A stretch of 61,912 nt of DNA, filler included, from Sphacelaria rigidula (Eukaryota): NCBI GenBank assembly GCA_964200075.2. It is 8 parts of 8 records of this genome, joined end to end, with 100 filler letters (N's around TTAATTAATTAA, not from the genome) between each part and the next. Parts side by side here need not be neighbours in the genome. Positions count along the whole stretch, not along the records: positions 31,009 to 38,659 come from CAXNAA020013923.1; positions 38,760 to 46,410 come from CAXNAA020013924.1; positions 46,511 to 54,161 come from CAXNAA020013925.1; 5 more parts are not named here. One strand, written 5' to 3'. The translations under genes and the position numbers were made by a program. The notes beneath the pieces are model-generated. The model saw only the letters and a program-made list of their open reading frames with translations, was not told the origin of the DNA and ran no database searches. Below are positions 36,672 through 50,796 of this stretch, piece by piece (within the stretch, counting starts at the first letter, position 1; every line of letters starts with the position of its first letter).

Positions 36672-38151
36672 GTAAAAATCATACTAATGCAACCAATAGT
36701 AACAGTAACAATAAATGATAAATAGTCATAGTAGTAGTAATAATAGTGATGGTAATACTGTAGTAATGATACTAATGGCCATGATAATGATAATGATGAT
36801 GATAATGATGATGATAATGATAATGATAATATTGATATTATAATAATACCAAATACTGATGCTAATTATGATATTCAAAACGGTGGTGATGATTAAAATA
36901 ATGATAATGGTGATCACAACAACAAAATCAGCAGCTCGAAGGAGATCAATGATCGCCGACCAAAACGTATCAACATGAGAGTACTCCTGGTGCATGTGAA
37001 GAGAAAATACCCCGAGAGGTGACGTAACATTCGTTTCCCGAGAAACAGTGCTCCCGGCATATCCATGCAACGGGGTTCGTGTACTCATGATCTCGCATGC
37101 CGTAGTCATATAAAGATTGAACTCGCATCCCTCCGATGCCGGGACGGAGCACGCCGGGTTTTCGCCGGACCAGGCTCGTAATCGATCGCCAAGCGCGGAG
37201 CGCCGTGATGTGTTCGGCTAGTCGCATGCAGGGTGAGCTGCATCCTGCTAAGATTGTTCGGCTCGAAGCGTTCTCATCATCTTGCATATGGATGACAGCC
37301 TCCGATGAGTTGCTTCATGTTCTGGTGTCGCCGCTTCTAGGGACAGCCACGGCTTACACACAGCCGCGTGGGTGTCTCACCATTAAAACACTACGTAGTA
37401 TAATCACCCCCCTTGCGCGAAATCGAGGTTCTCCCATTCCGCACGACATGATCCAGCTCGACCACCATCATGGTTACAACAAAACAGGCGCAAGGGTAAA
37501 AAAAAAAAGAAGCTGGCGGCCTAGCTGACTCAGTGAATGGCTTGTTTTATATACAGCGTCGTTGCCATCCGACACCAACCCCATGGGGGGATATTCATGC
37601 CGGAGGGGAAACAATACCCCGACGCATGTATGTGCGTCGAGTGGCGTGTTTTCCCTTCCTTTCTCTTTCACGCCCCTCGTGGTCTTTGAGCTTTCGTCTT
37701 TTCACGTTGGTTACGTACACCTATGTTGTGACAGACCATGCCCGGATCTGTTGTGGATCATCAGCCTGTTGTGAGACAATCAATCAAACCGAGCGATCAA
37801 TCAATCGACCGACCAAGGTGCCTACAACAAAAACGCGACGTACTTCTTTGTCACACACCTTAAACAAAATTCGACTTCACGGTCGACGAAGGAAAGGGAG
37901 TGCTGAACCCCTCTCACGATAAAAAATAAAGGCAAGCACCGCAGAAGGAAGGTAAAGACCTATAAAAAACACTCCTGTGTTGGTCTTCCTCCTGTGTGAC
38001 CCCGGCTAGTGCGCCCACATATAACGAAAGGTGTAGACTGGCGTCCAGAATAGATGAGGTAACAACACACACACAACACACTCCAGACACCTTCCCTCCC
38101 TCGGGACGAGTCCGTGGTCTCGAGGGAACAACCGAGCTCTCTCCTGGGCCC

Positions 38152-38638
38152 GGTAAAGAAAAAAATGAAGGTGCGATTTCGGGTGGAGGGCCTGGACCTG
38201 CCAGAAGAAAGAAATATATGTTCCAGTAGTCGTGTGGAGAAGGAAGCAGATGCACGGAATCTCCCCTATGGCAAAGCAATAGAGAGTAGAACTCATAAAA
38301 TGAAAAAATGTGAACTATACAAGGAGGAACGGGACGTGCTAGAGGGGGAAACGCGGGATGTGAACGAAGGTGGCATGAAATCGTTTGGTGCATCAGATAG
38401 TAGGGAGAAAACGATGGCCGTACTAGGAGATAGGTGGTGGCCACAGACGGCGAAGCAGGACGGGGATTAGATAGGTGAAATGTTTTTGTTCAATGTATGG
38501 AAGAAACGCAATGAGCACACAAATGTTGGAGGTGTCTCTGTTAGGAGAGGGAACGGTGCTCCGTTTCGAAAGGGGTGGGTGGTCAATGGTCAAACGACGA
38601 AGGCGAGCAACAAATGCGTCCCCCCCCCCCCCCCCCCA
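38152..38638 (+). mobile_element. 5'-truncated LINE 3' end with poly(C) tail (same family as 8402-10803)
   Basis: KVRFRVEGLDLPE..CELYKEERDVLE..AVLGDRWWPQ, then the conserved 3' UTR ggtcaatggtcaaacgac..aacaaatg and a C run. Confidence 0.85.
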
Positions 38639-41370
38639 ACAACACCCACGCCAAAAGGANNNNNNNNNNNNNNNNNNNNNNNNNNNNNNNNNNNNNNNNN
38701 NNNTTAATTAATTAANNNNNNNNNNNNNNNNNNNNNNNNNNNNNNNNNNNNNNNNNNNNCTGTAGGGATGCGAGGTGAATGGTCTTCAGACTATGGCATG
38801 CATGATCATGAGTACACCCCCTCCATTCCCGAAGTACGCGCTAGGATCGTATTCTCCATCAGGGCTGGTTAAATACGAATGACGATGCTCCTCAACATGC
38901 GAATGGTTACTGGAACGTAGGCATCCTACTTGCTGATCGAGACCACCATTTTCCCCCTCCTCCCCGAACACCCTCATCCGGGGGTGGTACTCGCCGTTCT
39001 GGCCGTTTACTAGCGGACTACATGATGCTTGTGAAGACATGAGAGGTATCGTCAAAACATCGACACTTTCATTTTGTACCCCTGGGACAGTCAGGAGCAC
39101 CGGCGTTCGTTTGAGAGGACTAAACGGTAGATGCCACCCCCGGGGACGGCTACTTTACTACCCCTGGGAAGACCATGGGCCCAATCTCCACATGAGACAT
39201 CAATGCTTCGAAGATGTTTTCTATACGGTCGTACGTGCCATGCAATATCTTGTTGGCTATTGATGAGGTTCTGAATGTACTGAAACAGCCGAAACAAGAT
39301 AGGGACAAAAATAGCCAGCATGTTCTAAATTCAAATGAATTGGTCAGGACCCATCGGCTGCAGGTCTAAAACCTTCGACTGACGTTGCCCAATTCGGCCG
39401 CAAGTTATTTCTGCCCTCTCTAACTCGACAGCGTAGATTCGATTTCTGGGTTGCCTTGTTTGATTACCTGCCGTATTTACTACCCTGAATCGGCAGTGCA
39501 AATATTTAAATGGTCATTTTTCAATGAAAGAAGGGTTAATGTGGACAATCACCTCGGATTCGGCGTGTGCACCGAAGTTTCAGTCGGTACAGTTTTTTTC
39601 TTCTTTATTCAAGTAATAATTGGGCCGGCTAGTCTTTGGCCTAGAATGACGGCGACATGCCCTGTCCTATTTTGTTTCCTGGATTTGGAAAACAAGCATA
39701 TGATGTAGATTAGATACTTGGGAATGCCGCCGTCGAATTCAGAAAATGCAGCAACAAAGCGAGCTCAGGCCGCTTCTTTTTGTCTGCAAAAAGTCGCTGA
39801 AAAAAGTCGTTATGGTCAGTTTTCAGAGATCTTTTTAGAACCCGACCTTATAAGGCCGTTTTTCATCAAAGTGCTCTCTGGAAACTGCGAAATGTTTTCA
39901 GCCCGCAAGATTTTGCCAAACCCGGCCGAGAAAAGCGGTCAGTCGTCAGTGAGATCAAACTCTCTGAAATGTAGCGCTCCATCACACCCTCCTCGCATAC
40001 AAGTGAAGTACAGTCAGTGCAAAAGTAGCTATGCATGTTCTATGTATTACTGTTTACAATATAAAGCACCGCAGCAGCAGCATAGCTGCTGCAGCACTCC
40101 GTGCATCCTTTGTATGACCGTAGGACTGGCGATAATCAGTTTGGAGCTTTCTGGCCAGCAGCCTCACTACTGGAAAACCGCACGGCATCGGCCCTAATGG
40201 CTGTATTGATCGCTCGTATCGTTTCATGCTCGTCGTGCCCGCAACCGATTGTGAACTCTGCAGTATTCTGTATGTCGAGACTGTTGCTACCGCACTTCTT
40301 GCTGACACGTGAGTTTCTTGTGTGCGGTACGGCACAAACCATCCTGCTACACACTGCACCGCTCAGCTGTTGCGACACTACTACTGTACCAAGCGGCGGT
40401 CGGCTAAAGGGTTGATACACCTGTCTTTTCGACCCCTATTACATCAGTAACTACCATGTGTGTGTTGTGTGTGTTGTGTGTGTTGTGTTGTGCTGTGTGT
40501 GTGTTGTGTTGTGCTGTGTTGCCATCCCATCTATTCCGTACCTGGACGAGATGGCGTCTTCAGTTGACCGCAGGTGACTCAAGCACACCATGCAAATGAT
40601 TACCACTACTATTGCCTGCACCCAGGCTAGATGATGGCCTCGGGTGTACAAAGCCCCAGCTATTTTCTGACAGACTGTAAGCGGGGGTTTTGAAAACTGA
40701 CATCTCTGAAAGAGTCACTGAGAAAAGTCGTCCGCCCCAACTTTTTTCAGGGACTTTTTTTCAGTCTATAAGAAGCGGTCTCAACGCTGCCACGGATCCA
40801 CACACCCCGCGTCCCGGTTGTCGAAGTCGTGCATCACCTCTGGTTTTTGGTTTAGTTCTTGGACTCCAATATCTCCAGCAGGGTCTCTTTTGTTTAGGTT
40901 TTCCGTGACCCGAAAACGGGAGAACGAGATTGACAAAAATAATTTGATAAAAGTCAGCAGGTGGCGGTACCGAGTGAGAGGTGGGCTCATCTCTCGAGAG
41001 CGACTACGGACTCGTACCGGAGAAATACAGTAAATATGAGCGTGGTATATTGCGTCGCGTATTCGTTCATAACAGCATGGTGAGATCCGGTCCGGTCCGG
41101 TTCGATCTCTGCGACCCGCTGGCTCACTCGTCCTCTCTACACCTCTCTATTATAGTCGCTGTACTTGTAGTCATGATTGAATCGAAGAAGCTCTAACATC
41201 GTCACCCTGCCGCCTTCTGCGAGTAGAGGATGCAAAAAGATGGTACGGCTCGAAAACAAAGTTACCATCACCACGGCCACCACGACTACCGCTGCTCTGC
41301 CGCGAGTTGATGCACAAGCAAGTACGTGTGTTCCACGCAACATTTTTTTTCTGTGTATTAACTCAAGTAG

Positions 41371-42313
41371 AACGCAAGTCAGACGAGGAGGATACGGGCA
41401 GCGATGACCAAGAAATCAACGATGAAGACTACTACGCTGGCTATGACGGGGAAGAGTCGGAAGGGTCCGTCAACGTCGGGAAGGAGTTCTTGGTTCCGAG
41501 AGCAAAAACGCCTGCCTACGACATGGACATTTTCGGGCCCGAATTGCTGGCGAGCCGAGACAAGGTTAGCGCTCTCGATTTGGAATTAGAGGGATGCTTT
41601 CAGTACAGCAGTATCATAGTAGAAGCTCTGACTTGTACGGTTAGTCCTACCTTGGTACAGTAGTGATGTGCACCTCGCAATATTTGTATGCATACATGCG
41701 GTGACGATAGTTGTACGAAAAGCCGATCTTTGCGCGGTGGTCGGTCGTGAGGAGAAACTACCGAGGAAGTTCATATATTTGCACACGCGGAATCGCGCGC
41801 AAGGGTGCTGCTCTAATATCGGTGCGTTAAAATATTCCGGTATGTTTTAAATCCCAACATGTCATTGGAATCGTCTATCGTGGCGCACTTGACACAAAAC
41901 GCTACACCACAGACCGCGCACTATAACCCCAGAGGTACTCACTCAACTTGGAATATTCGCATGGCTTGCCGAAAACAAATGTCCTTCAGGAGTTACTTTG
42001 CACTACTTGACACGAGTCAAGCGTCGGCGTCTTTTGTGGTCGTATATTTGATGTCTGATTTTCATGTAGCGGTTATGCTTCCTCTATGCGCCGCTTTATG
42101 GGGCCGACTATTTCCAATCGATCAGTTAGTCGGCAGCTGTTGTCTCCATTGGAGGTTGGACACCAAGTGTTGAAACATGTCGGCTAACTAACGGACTGAT
42201 TGGCCGTCTGACGCGGGGTGTTGCTTTTGCAGGTGTTGGCGGCTAGATCCAGAGCACAGCTGAGGATAGCACACGAGCGCCTCAGGCAATCCGAGCTAGT
42301 ATTGCGCGAACGG
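41371..42313 (+). CDS. Exons of an unidentified gene (acidic region plus coiled-coil-like segment)
   Basis: Candidate exons ~41371-41564 (SDEEDTGSDDQEINDEDYY..ELLASRDK) and 42233-42313 (VLAARSRAQLRIAHERLRQSELVLRER) have AG/GT boundaries and matching phase 0. Confidence 0.5.
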
Positions 42314-42859
42314 GTATGTATGTATACGCACCGTAACTACCTCGCGTGGGTTGGCACCCTGGTCTGGTTTTTCGTGGCACGATATGCCAGTTGTTGTAGT
42401 GCGATTTAGTAGTGAGGATGCCGAGTGCTGGCTTCCGGGCAGGGGGGCAGGGGTGTGTGTGGGGATGGAGGGGGGGGAGCCAGGTACTCTGGTTTTGTAC
42501 AGCACGTTTGGATGCTCGTTGCAATAGTTTCAGTTTTTGAGGGTAGTCCTCGGTTCTAGACGGCACAGACTAATGCCGAGATAGCGCCCCCCCCCCACAA
42601 AGTGCACCGGAGACCGTCCGACAAACCGGCTGCGATCTTACTATTGGGCTCGTTTGCAGCAATTTCGCCCACATGAGAGGCGTGTAGCAGTCTAATATCA
42701 CCCATAACACCCAAATGAGTAGCGTCGAGCAGCACGAAACCAGCTCTAACGGCATTTATGATCATCACCTCCGTGCACTTTTTTGGCCGGTTTGGGGGGG
42801 GGCTATTTCGGCAGCAGCCGGCACAAAAGTGGCTACCCCGATAACTCATGTGCAGCAGT

Positions 42860-42894
<35 letters not shown>

Positions 42895-45800
42895 CTTCAA
42901 GCAAGCCATCCTATTTTGACTACCGAGTGACGAAAGTGGATCCCGCTGGGAACAACCCTGATGCGTCCACTTTCTATGAGTCCACGTTGGTATCTTGTTC
43001 CAGTGAATTTCGCCGCACAACATAGGTACACCGTTTCACGTCGACATCCGTTTACGCAAAATTACCCGTGACGCCCTACTCCAAGTTGGTGATTTCCAAA
43101 CTCAATTCGGTCAAATTATTGCCACAGGTTGGGGGGCTTTGTCGAGGTGTAGTATCTTGCTTTTATTTCGTCACGGTTCTGAACGTGTAGATGATTTCCC
43201 CATTTTGATTCTTGCAAGGCAAACAGTTCAGGATGACCCTGAACTTGTCTCGGTTTCGTGGCGTTGTAAAAGTACTGCTGATGATGCTGGTGGCTTGATC
43301 TGTTGATGCTTCGACTTTTACCAGTCCTGCATGGATATGACTGAGTTCATGGCGCCGTCGTCTCACCCATGACCCAAATTTCCGTGCGGGGGATGGACAT
43401 CAGTCGCTGCGTGGGATCAAATGCGTTCACGGGAAGCTGATTGTGCTGTTTGCTCGTCAATCCGTCCGCATGCTGCGTCAAGTGTTGCGATTGGTTCGTG
43501 ATACCAACGATGTATGCTCTTTTGGGCTTCGCAAGGTTTTGATTCTATCCATGCGAGCGTAGCTGTGTACGTGTGCCTTGTCTCTGCAAGAGAGAGCACA
43601 TACGTCCGAACAAACCATCCCACTGAGTAAGTAGCTCATGAGACTCTTGTTGGATAGCTGTATTAAAGTTCTTCCGTATAGTACTAGCCGCCGCGTCTCG
43701 GTGGTGTAAATCAAAATGGTCTGACTGTGACCATTCCAGTAGGGTGGAGAAAACGTGGGTTCAATTCCCGATGTTTGTGTATTTTTCTTCTTCGAAATAT
43801 CTGATTTTCACCGCCGAAGGAGTGAGTACGTGAGGAAGCAACAAGTATCTGACTGAGATTGTTTGACGAGAGTTGACGCGGTACGGGAGTGCTGATAGTC
43901 ATGATCCAATCCGCGAGACCAAAATGCAAGGCGTGTAGCGGGGAGAGATGGGTCGATACCTTGAGACCACGGACTCATTCTCGAGAAAGAGGAGAAGTTC
44001 AAAGCGTGACAATAAAAAAAAAGATAAAAAAAACAATACCTGCTATTCTGTAGCAGTGACGGTCAATTGATTTTCTTCATCAAGCTCTTTTGATATCGAA
44101 CTGAAATTTGAGCAATGTTTTTCCCCATCGTTTTTTTTTTGCGGACGGTGCCGACGCCGACATGGTCGTCACACAGGCAAGCGTGTACAGAATGATCCCG
44201 CTCGGATGGGATGCTCCAGCGCCGCCACCAGTGCTCGACCAGGCAAAAGTGGGGAGACCGAAGCAAAAGAGAACAGGTGCATGATTGATTGATGAATCGC
44301 TCGGTTGGTTGGTTGACGGATTATTGGGTTGTCTTAGGTTAAGTGTTCCGATACGAAGGCTGGCCACAACGCACGAGGTGGACGTACTCGTACCAAACGT
44401 GAGTATGCGGAAAATGGGTGCCAAAGGAAACTGGAGTAGAAGGGGACAAAGACAAGAGTGAAGAAGGAGCGGGCAACACACACCATCATTACTGTGCGGC
44501 ACCATCGAGCTACTTGTACGTTCGACTCTTTACAGCGATTCATCAAGTGACTGTGCGTGGGTACAGTGAGCATATTTGGAATCGTCGCCATTGAAGCCTC
44601 GCAGGTCTCACTTGGAACAAAAAAAAGTAAGCCGCGAGAATGTCATTCTTCGACAGCTTTATCTTTGATTCAACCATTTTTTCTGGTGTCATTCGTTTCA
44701 TGAAACCGGCGAGGGTCAAAGTCCAAACGACAACCGACCAACCGATTGTGTAAGGTGGTATCTTCCTGTCAAAACCCCATACCAATCATCAACACTTTTG
44801 TAGGTGGCCCTACATCAAGTATGTCAGGTACCAAAGCGTACACTTGATGTAGAGCCCGTATGCTTTATAGAGATACTGCCCGTGCACCAAGGTCTGGTGA
44901 TTACAAATCCGAAGCCCCCGCACCAACCATAATCCGTACTGGACTCCTGGGGGGCCAGTCAAAATGCGACAATCAATCCATCAATCATACGTGATACGCC
45001 CCGGGGATGTAACTGGTAGTGGTGATGTGGTGGTGTACATGTTAAGCCGGGTGGAGGAAGCTGAGTGTTGGAATCCCGACATGGACGTTATTTTCCTGGA
45101 GAGGCAAGCGGTTTCTCTGTCGAAAACGAGAGGAAGTGAACAGGTCGAAAATTCGACGAGAGTGTTGATCCAATCAGGGACACGAAATGTCAGGCATGTA
45201 CAATACGGTCGGAGAGATGAGCTCAAGAGTCGGATGAATGATGATTCGTCTGAGGACTTGCTTGATTATAGTGTGACTGATTCGTACCGTACGATTCAAT
45301 CCTTAGGCTTTGTTTTCAGAGTTGCACTTCAGGCACGCGCACCCCCCAGGGACGTGAAATAGCACACCATTTGTGTAAAGAAGTTTTCGACCCGCGGTCA
45401 ACTGTTCGTGTCTCTTTCTAGCAATGAGACCTCATATCTCGTAGGTTTGTTGATTCCAACCAGCGGTGGTTCGCCCGATTCGTGCATAGGTTGATCCCGC
45501 AAGTAGCCTATGGACTGGATAGGCTTGAGGAAGGAGAGGACTTGAAAGTATATACATATATGTACGTGATACATATATGCAGTGCTGGACCCGTGTTGAG
45601 GCGATATCTGGTATGGCGGGGCTGCAAAAAATGCGTGGGTTTTCGGCTTGTCACAATTTCTTCCCCTAGAAACGCTGGCTTTACTTCTGTCCGTTTTCAC
45701 CCGCCATAGAGCGGAACCCCGCCAACAACAAGGTGCTTTCCCGCTTTATTTAGCCGCTAATAGGCGCAACGGCGGGCAGCATACCGCCGTGTTGCGGGGA

Positions 45801-46510
45801 GCTGGTAGTCGCTGCAAACTCCCTCAGTCAACTTGCCGAACTTTGCCATGAAGTCCATGCGCCGCAGGGCTCGCGTGTAGTGACATTCGAGGGGCGGGGG
45901 GGAGGCATTTCCTGCTGTGGTGTTGGTGGTTACTGTAGGTGTTCCCTTGCTTTGTTTGTTTCGTGTAGTAGTACTGTACTTGTAGACCATCCCTGTTTAT
46001 ACTCCCCAGTTTACTGTTACCGCGTGCTGGTATGCCCCCTTTGCTGGTAGTTCATCCATTCTTTGACTGTTATTTTCTTCGCCCTTTTCTCGTGAGGTTC
46101 CGTGCGTGGTGTGTATTCGGACCACTACTGAAACTTTGGTACGAGCACATCATGAAGTATTATCCCTTCTTCACGTCCCCCCCTCCAAATTTTCCTCGGC
46201 CGTCATTCGCAGTCGCATTTGGCGCTAGAACCCGTGTTAGGGTGCGAAGTCGCCTTACGCCAAAAATATCTGCGTTTAGGTGGAACCCGTCTTACGCAGG
46301 ATCGAGGTGGGACTGGGAATGGGGCGGCTATTTTCGGGTTGTCACTATTAAGCCTTATTAAGCCTTAACACAACACGACTCCCCCCCCCCCCGTTGCATA
46401 TCGGCGGCCCNNNNNNNNNNNNNNNNNNNNNNNNNNNNNNNNNNNNNNNNNNNNTTAATTAATTAANNNNNNNNNNNNNNNNNNNNNNNNNNNNNNNNNN
46501 NNNNNNNNNN

Positions 46511-46575
46511 CGAACCCCACAACTTAACCATCAGAAGGTTACGAGGTTACCAACTGAGCCACCGGGGCGACCGGC
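46511..46575 (-). mobile_element. tRNA-derived SINE head (truncated by contig end)
   Basis: The minus strand gccccggTGGCTCAGTTGGtaa...ggGGTTCG has A-box and B-box-like motifs but no complete cloverleaf. Confidence 0.6.
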
Positions 46576-48059
46576 GTCGGGTGGTACGCGTATATCGGAT
46601 GAGTTAATAGCCACCTGCCACATGAATATACAGCGCGAAGAACCCTCACATAACAAACCCATCCAGCTAAACATGCGTCGTGGTCTGCCGTCGTCACAGT
46701 TATGAGGCGAAGGGTCGGGGCTGGTGCTCAGCAGACCAGTGATGGAAACGCCATCTTTTCACTTCCCTGGAAGATACGATAGTTATGAGTTGTTGGATCT
46801 TTCCCTCTTCAAATCTTTTTCGCTCTGCCAAACGTTGGATGAAGCTACGCATCAGATGCCATGATCTAATTTGGGTCATGACAACAGTTGCAGTTGTTCA
46901 CGTAAATATTTCGGAACACTTTTCTTTTCACGTAGGACGTAGGACAGCAGCAGTTACAGCAGGACGAGAGAAAAGCCCAGATGTTACACAGGTTCAAGCT
47001 TTGGCGTGCAGTGTACAGTACACAGGACCTCTATTTTTCAAGAGACGAAGAGTGTACTAATAGTCAAGCAGGGCCTTGATCAGTTCGAAGGTGAGTTCCT
47101 CCATTTTCTCTGTCCTCCCTCCTGTCGCATCGTTGTGCTCGTACATACCTCTTCTCATGGCCAACACGATGCTTCCAGGAGGCACAGACCTATTTGTCAT
47201 AATGCGGAGCGGACGTGTACCAGTCGTGAACACACTCTACTCTACCGGAAGCAGACGCTGCGTTTTGTCTACAGCTCGCTGACTTTCGCGGAGGATTTTC
47301 ACAACACACCGTTGCTCTCCCCCTTTCTTCTCACTGCAACGCCCTCCCAACAACACCGCCGCACGAAGAGAGAGTAACGCTGCCTCTGATTCAGCAAGTG
47401 TCTCTGGTGGCTGTTTGGGAAGGGCTGTTTTCGCGCATGATCTTGACGTAAGAGTGATTACCTCCGATGGATGTCGTGGCTCGAAAAGCACCGCGTTGAG
47501 ATGTCTTGCCTCGAGAAGAACACTGGTAGTTTTCGAGACTTTTTGTTCCGTGGAATGGTCGGCCGGGCTAAGTGCTGTGCACTAACACCTTGAGAGCAAT
47601 TTGAACGTCAAACTCGGGTACAAAGTATGCTGTTGTACTCTTGTACTGTACCGCACTGCTTCCATCTATCCCATACCATTGCGGCAGCGTAGACTAGCGC
47701 ACACGTTGACGTCGGTAACCCGCGTACACCTCTAGCTCGTCTCGGCCGATGCGCAAGGGGGTTGGTCATATGTATGATGTTGCAGCGTTCGCAGTATGTG
47801 ATGCGGGTATGACGTGCGTCTTTGAAAGTGGTGGAAGTCTATCGGTTTCAACCGTTTCCACTCAGTAGTTTGGACACATGAATGTAACCTACGCGGAGAT
47901 GGGGACGCGGGGCTGTAAGTAGTGAAGAGCACTCAAGTCAGGAAACCACAACGGCAGATATCAGCTACTGCATCCAACCCAATTGCCGTGAATTGGGCCT
48001 CATCTCTTGGAGAAATATGCCCAACCGTCGAGACTAGAGGCGATAACACTTTTCGAAGA

Positions 48060-50060
48060 ATTGATTTACTCTCACGTACCAATCCTCCCCGACAGTTTTT
48101 TTTTTCCCCTCTCGAAGAAAGGAGGAAACCTGACCCAACACAAGCGGGTTCGTGTGCCGATTACCCGGAGGCTCGACTGGACTACCCCACGGCAGTCATG
48201 TGGGGTAGGCGCCTCGAGCGTTCGCAAGCTTTGCCCAAGGCGGTGTAGGGGTTCGACCCATTAAAACCCCCCCTCAACTTGCCGCAGTGCACGCGCCGCC
48301 CTACTCTTGAGAGCTTTGGCCCCACGTCCCCGACAGGTTTATGGCGGACACGAGGCGATCTTCTTGGAGTGCTGTCGTGAAATCCTTTCATGAGTTCATG
48401 CTATAGCCGGTCCCCAGAAATCTGTTGTCGTCACCGAAAATCCGCAGTTGCCTCCTTAACCCCATAGGTTATGGAAACATACATATTTTAGTCTGAACGC
48501 TGGGATTCGACGCTCACGGTTGCTAACCGTCCTCAAAGCGCTCGCCGGCGTGCGCAGCACCAGCTTTCTCCTGTAAGTCTGCCCCGATTTTTGCTCCCCC
48601 CAACGCACATTTTGCCAAGGGCTGATAAGGGCGTCTTTTCGAGCCTCCCCTGACTGAGGGTTCTCGATCTGCTTTGGGCTTAAGCTACGGTTACGATCAT
48701 GGTGGGGGTTGGCATATTGCGTCGTTCAGTTAATTTTTTGCGCACGCGTGAGGCCGCTCGTATCGTCGCTGTTTCCAAGCACTCACGCGGGTGGGTGCAC
48801 TTCGTCTCTGAAATACCGACAGTGGCTCGCCAGTGGAAAAGCTCGAAATTTGTACACAAGCTTCGCAATGTAGATCTTCGCCGGAGGTTGAGAGCTATGC
48901 TGAATCAATCCTCTGCCCCGAGCAAATCGAGCATCGCTGGTGGTAACCCGAGCACCACCGTGTTAAAGGTTGGCACTTCAGAAAGAAAACAAGTGTTGCC
49001 ATTTAATTCATTCTCCGGGAGAACAACAATTATAGCACGACGTGGGTGAGTCTTGTCCCGAGAATGAGACTGCGCTTCAACTTTAATCCTAACGGTATTT
49101 CTCCGTTTCGAAGGGGTTTCCATTGAGATATTTTTGGCTATTCCTCTTGCGTCTCTATAGACTTGTGCGGCGCAAGAGCCTCTCATGCGATTTATACATT
49201 GTGCAGCAGTGAATGACAAATAGTTCGTCGATTAGTAGGTGACGCGATTCTACTTGCTTGCTCTAGCACGAAGTGCTGTCATGGACAGCAAAGAGAAAAG
49301 GTATGGAACATCACTGGGGAGAAACGCAGCTTTATCTTCGTTTGATTTTACTGACCTTGTGGGGTAGCGAGTTACAGGTCGTGCCAATTATTTTTCGGAA
49401 GGTGTACTGACAGTTGTCTCTCGCCCATGACCTCAGATTATGCCACTTCTTTGGTGGTGGCGTAGGGTGCAAAAACATGCGTTCTTCATTCGTTCCAAGA
49501 CATTTAAGGAACACACTCAAAAACGAGAGCAACAAAATTTCCGAAGTATAAGCTTTTGCTTCAAAAATCCCCCGACTATCAAGATTTTGTTAGTCATCTC
49601 CAGGGGCATCACCCGATCCTATAAACATCTAGCGTGCCAAGTGACACCTAAGCTTAGCACTGATTCACGTCTAGCGTCCGCCGCTGTGTACCTTTACCCC
49701 AACGCAGCCCTGGCGTCCACAACCCTAGGTGTGGCTTCCGTACTACGGGCAATTCTTTCTTGAAATATTTTTGCAGATGCTGCTCAGCGTGGTTTTTTTC
49801 GTATCATATTCCAAAGAAGTGCGGCGTTTGTCACCGTCGTCTACTTCCGTTCTGTGTGAGCGTCTCGTGGGGCGCGGTCCCAACAAAATGTTTCATGTGT
49901 CTCTCATGCTTGTACAACCACTTTCGTGATTCCCGCAAAACGTTCCGTTGGTTACATGTTAGAGGTGATACATTGAATATCTGTATCGGGCAGCATTCTC
50001 GGACACCACGCTGCCTTATCTTCCATTCCTCACACGCCCTGGTCTCCGTTCAAAATTCCT
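48060..50060 (-). mobile_element. Highly degenerate non-LTR retrotransposon remnant, possibly RLE/CRE-type
   Basis: Fragments QRGVRECCP (RT GVRQGCP-like), FLSEVPT..FSIALNLR and MIVTVA occur in the expected order, with many stops. Confidence 0.35.
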
Positions 50061-50796
50061 TTTGTGCAAACCGTAGGATACTACAAAGAGATCACACTCT
50101 ATACCTGTGGCGAAGGGGTGGCCGTCATATCAAGCGAAAGGGAGAGAGAGCAGCTTGGGACGAGGGGGGGGGGGGGGGTGCGCAGTTCTACGTCGAAGGA
50201 GCGCGTGTTGACGAGTGGTAGCAAGGACGTGTGTGGGTCTCTGCCTGTTGGAGATAGCGCGCTGCGCATGGGCTGTCGAAGTCTTTAGTTCAGCGTAGCT
50301 GTTGCTGTGTAGTGCGTGGCGTCTCTAGGCTCTATATTCCCGGCATTTTTTTTTTAGACAGCCAGCCCAACCGCGTGGAGAAGGGGAGAAGTAAACAAAG
50401 CTCCTGGACTCGCTTTGCCAGTAGTGGACATCGCAGTCGCGCTTAGCTTCGAGAAGAGGAGAAATCGGTGCAGCCGAGGCACCGCACGAGCAACACTCTT
50501 TCGGCCGATTTTTTTCAGGGGACACTTGCTGCTCGCGAGTACAACAGGTGCTTTTGGCGAGAGCCAGAGAGGGGACGAAGGAGCACGGCCTGGGGGGGCT
50601 GAACGACTGGAGACGATTGAAACGAGGAGCGCGTATCATACACACGGAGGGAGCAACGCCGCTGAACAGTCGCAGTTGTTGTTTTTTACGACCAAAACAA
50701 ATCAAACCCTGCCACGAGCCAAAAACGTGGAAGAACGAAGCAGGAGAGCACACCGAAACGGGAAGTATATAAAAACAATCTACAACCGAAGAAAAC

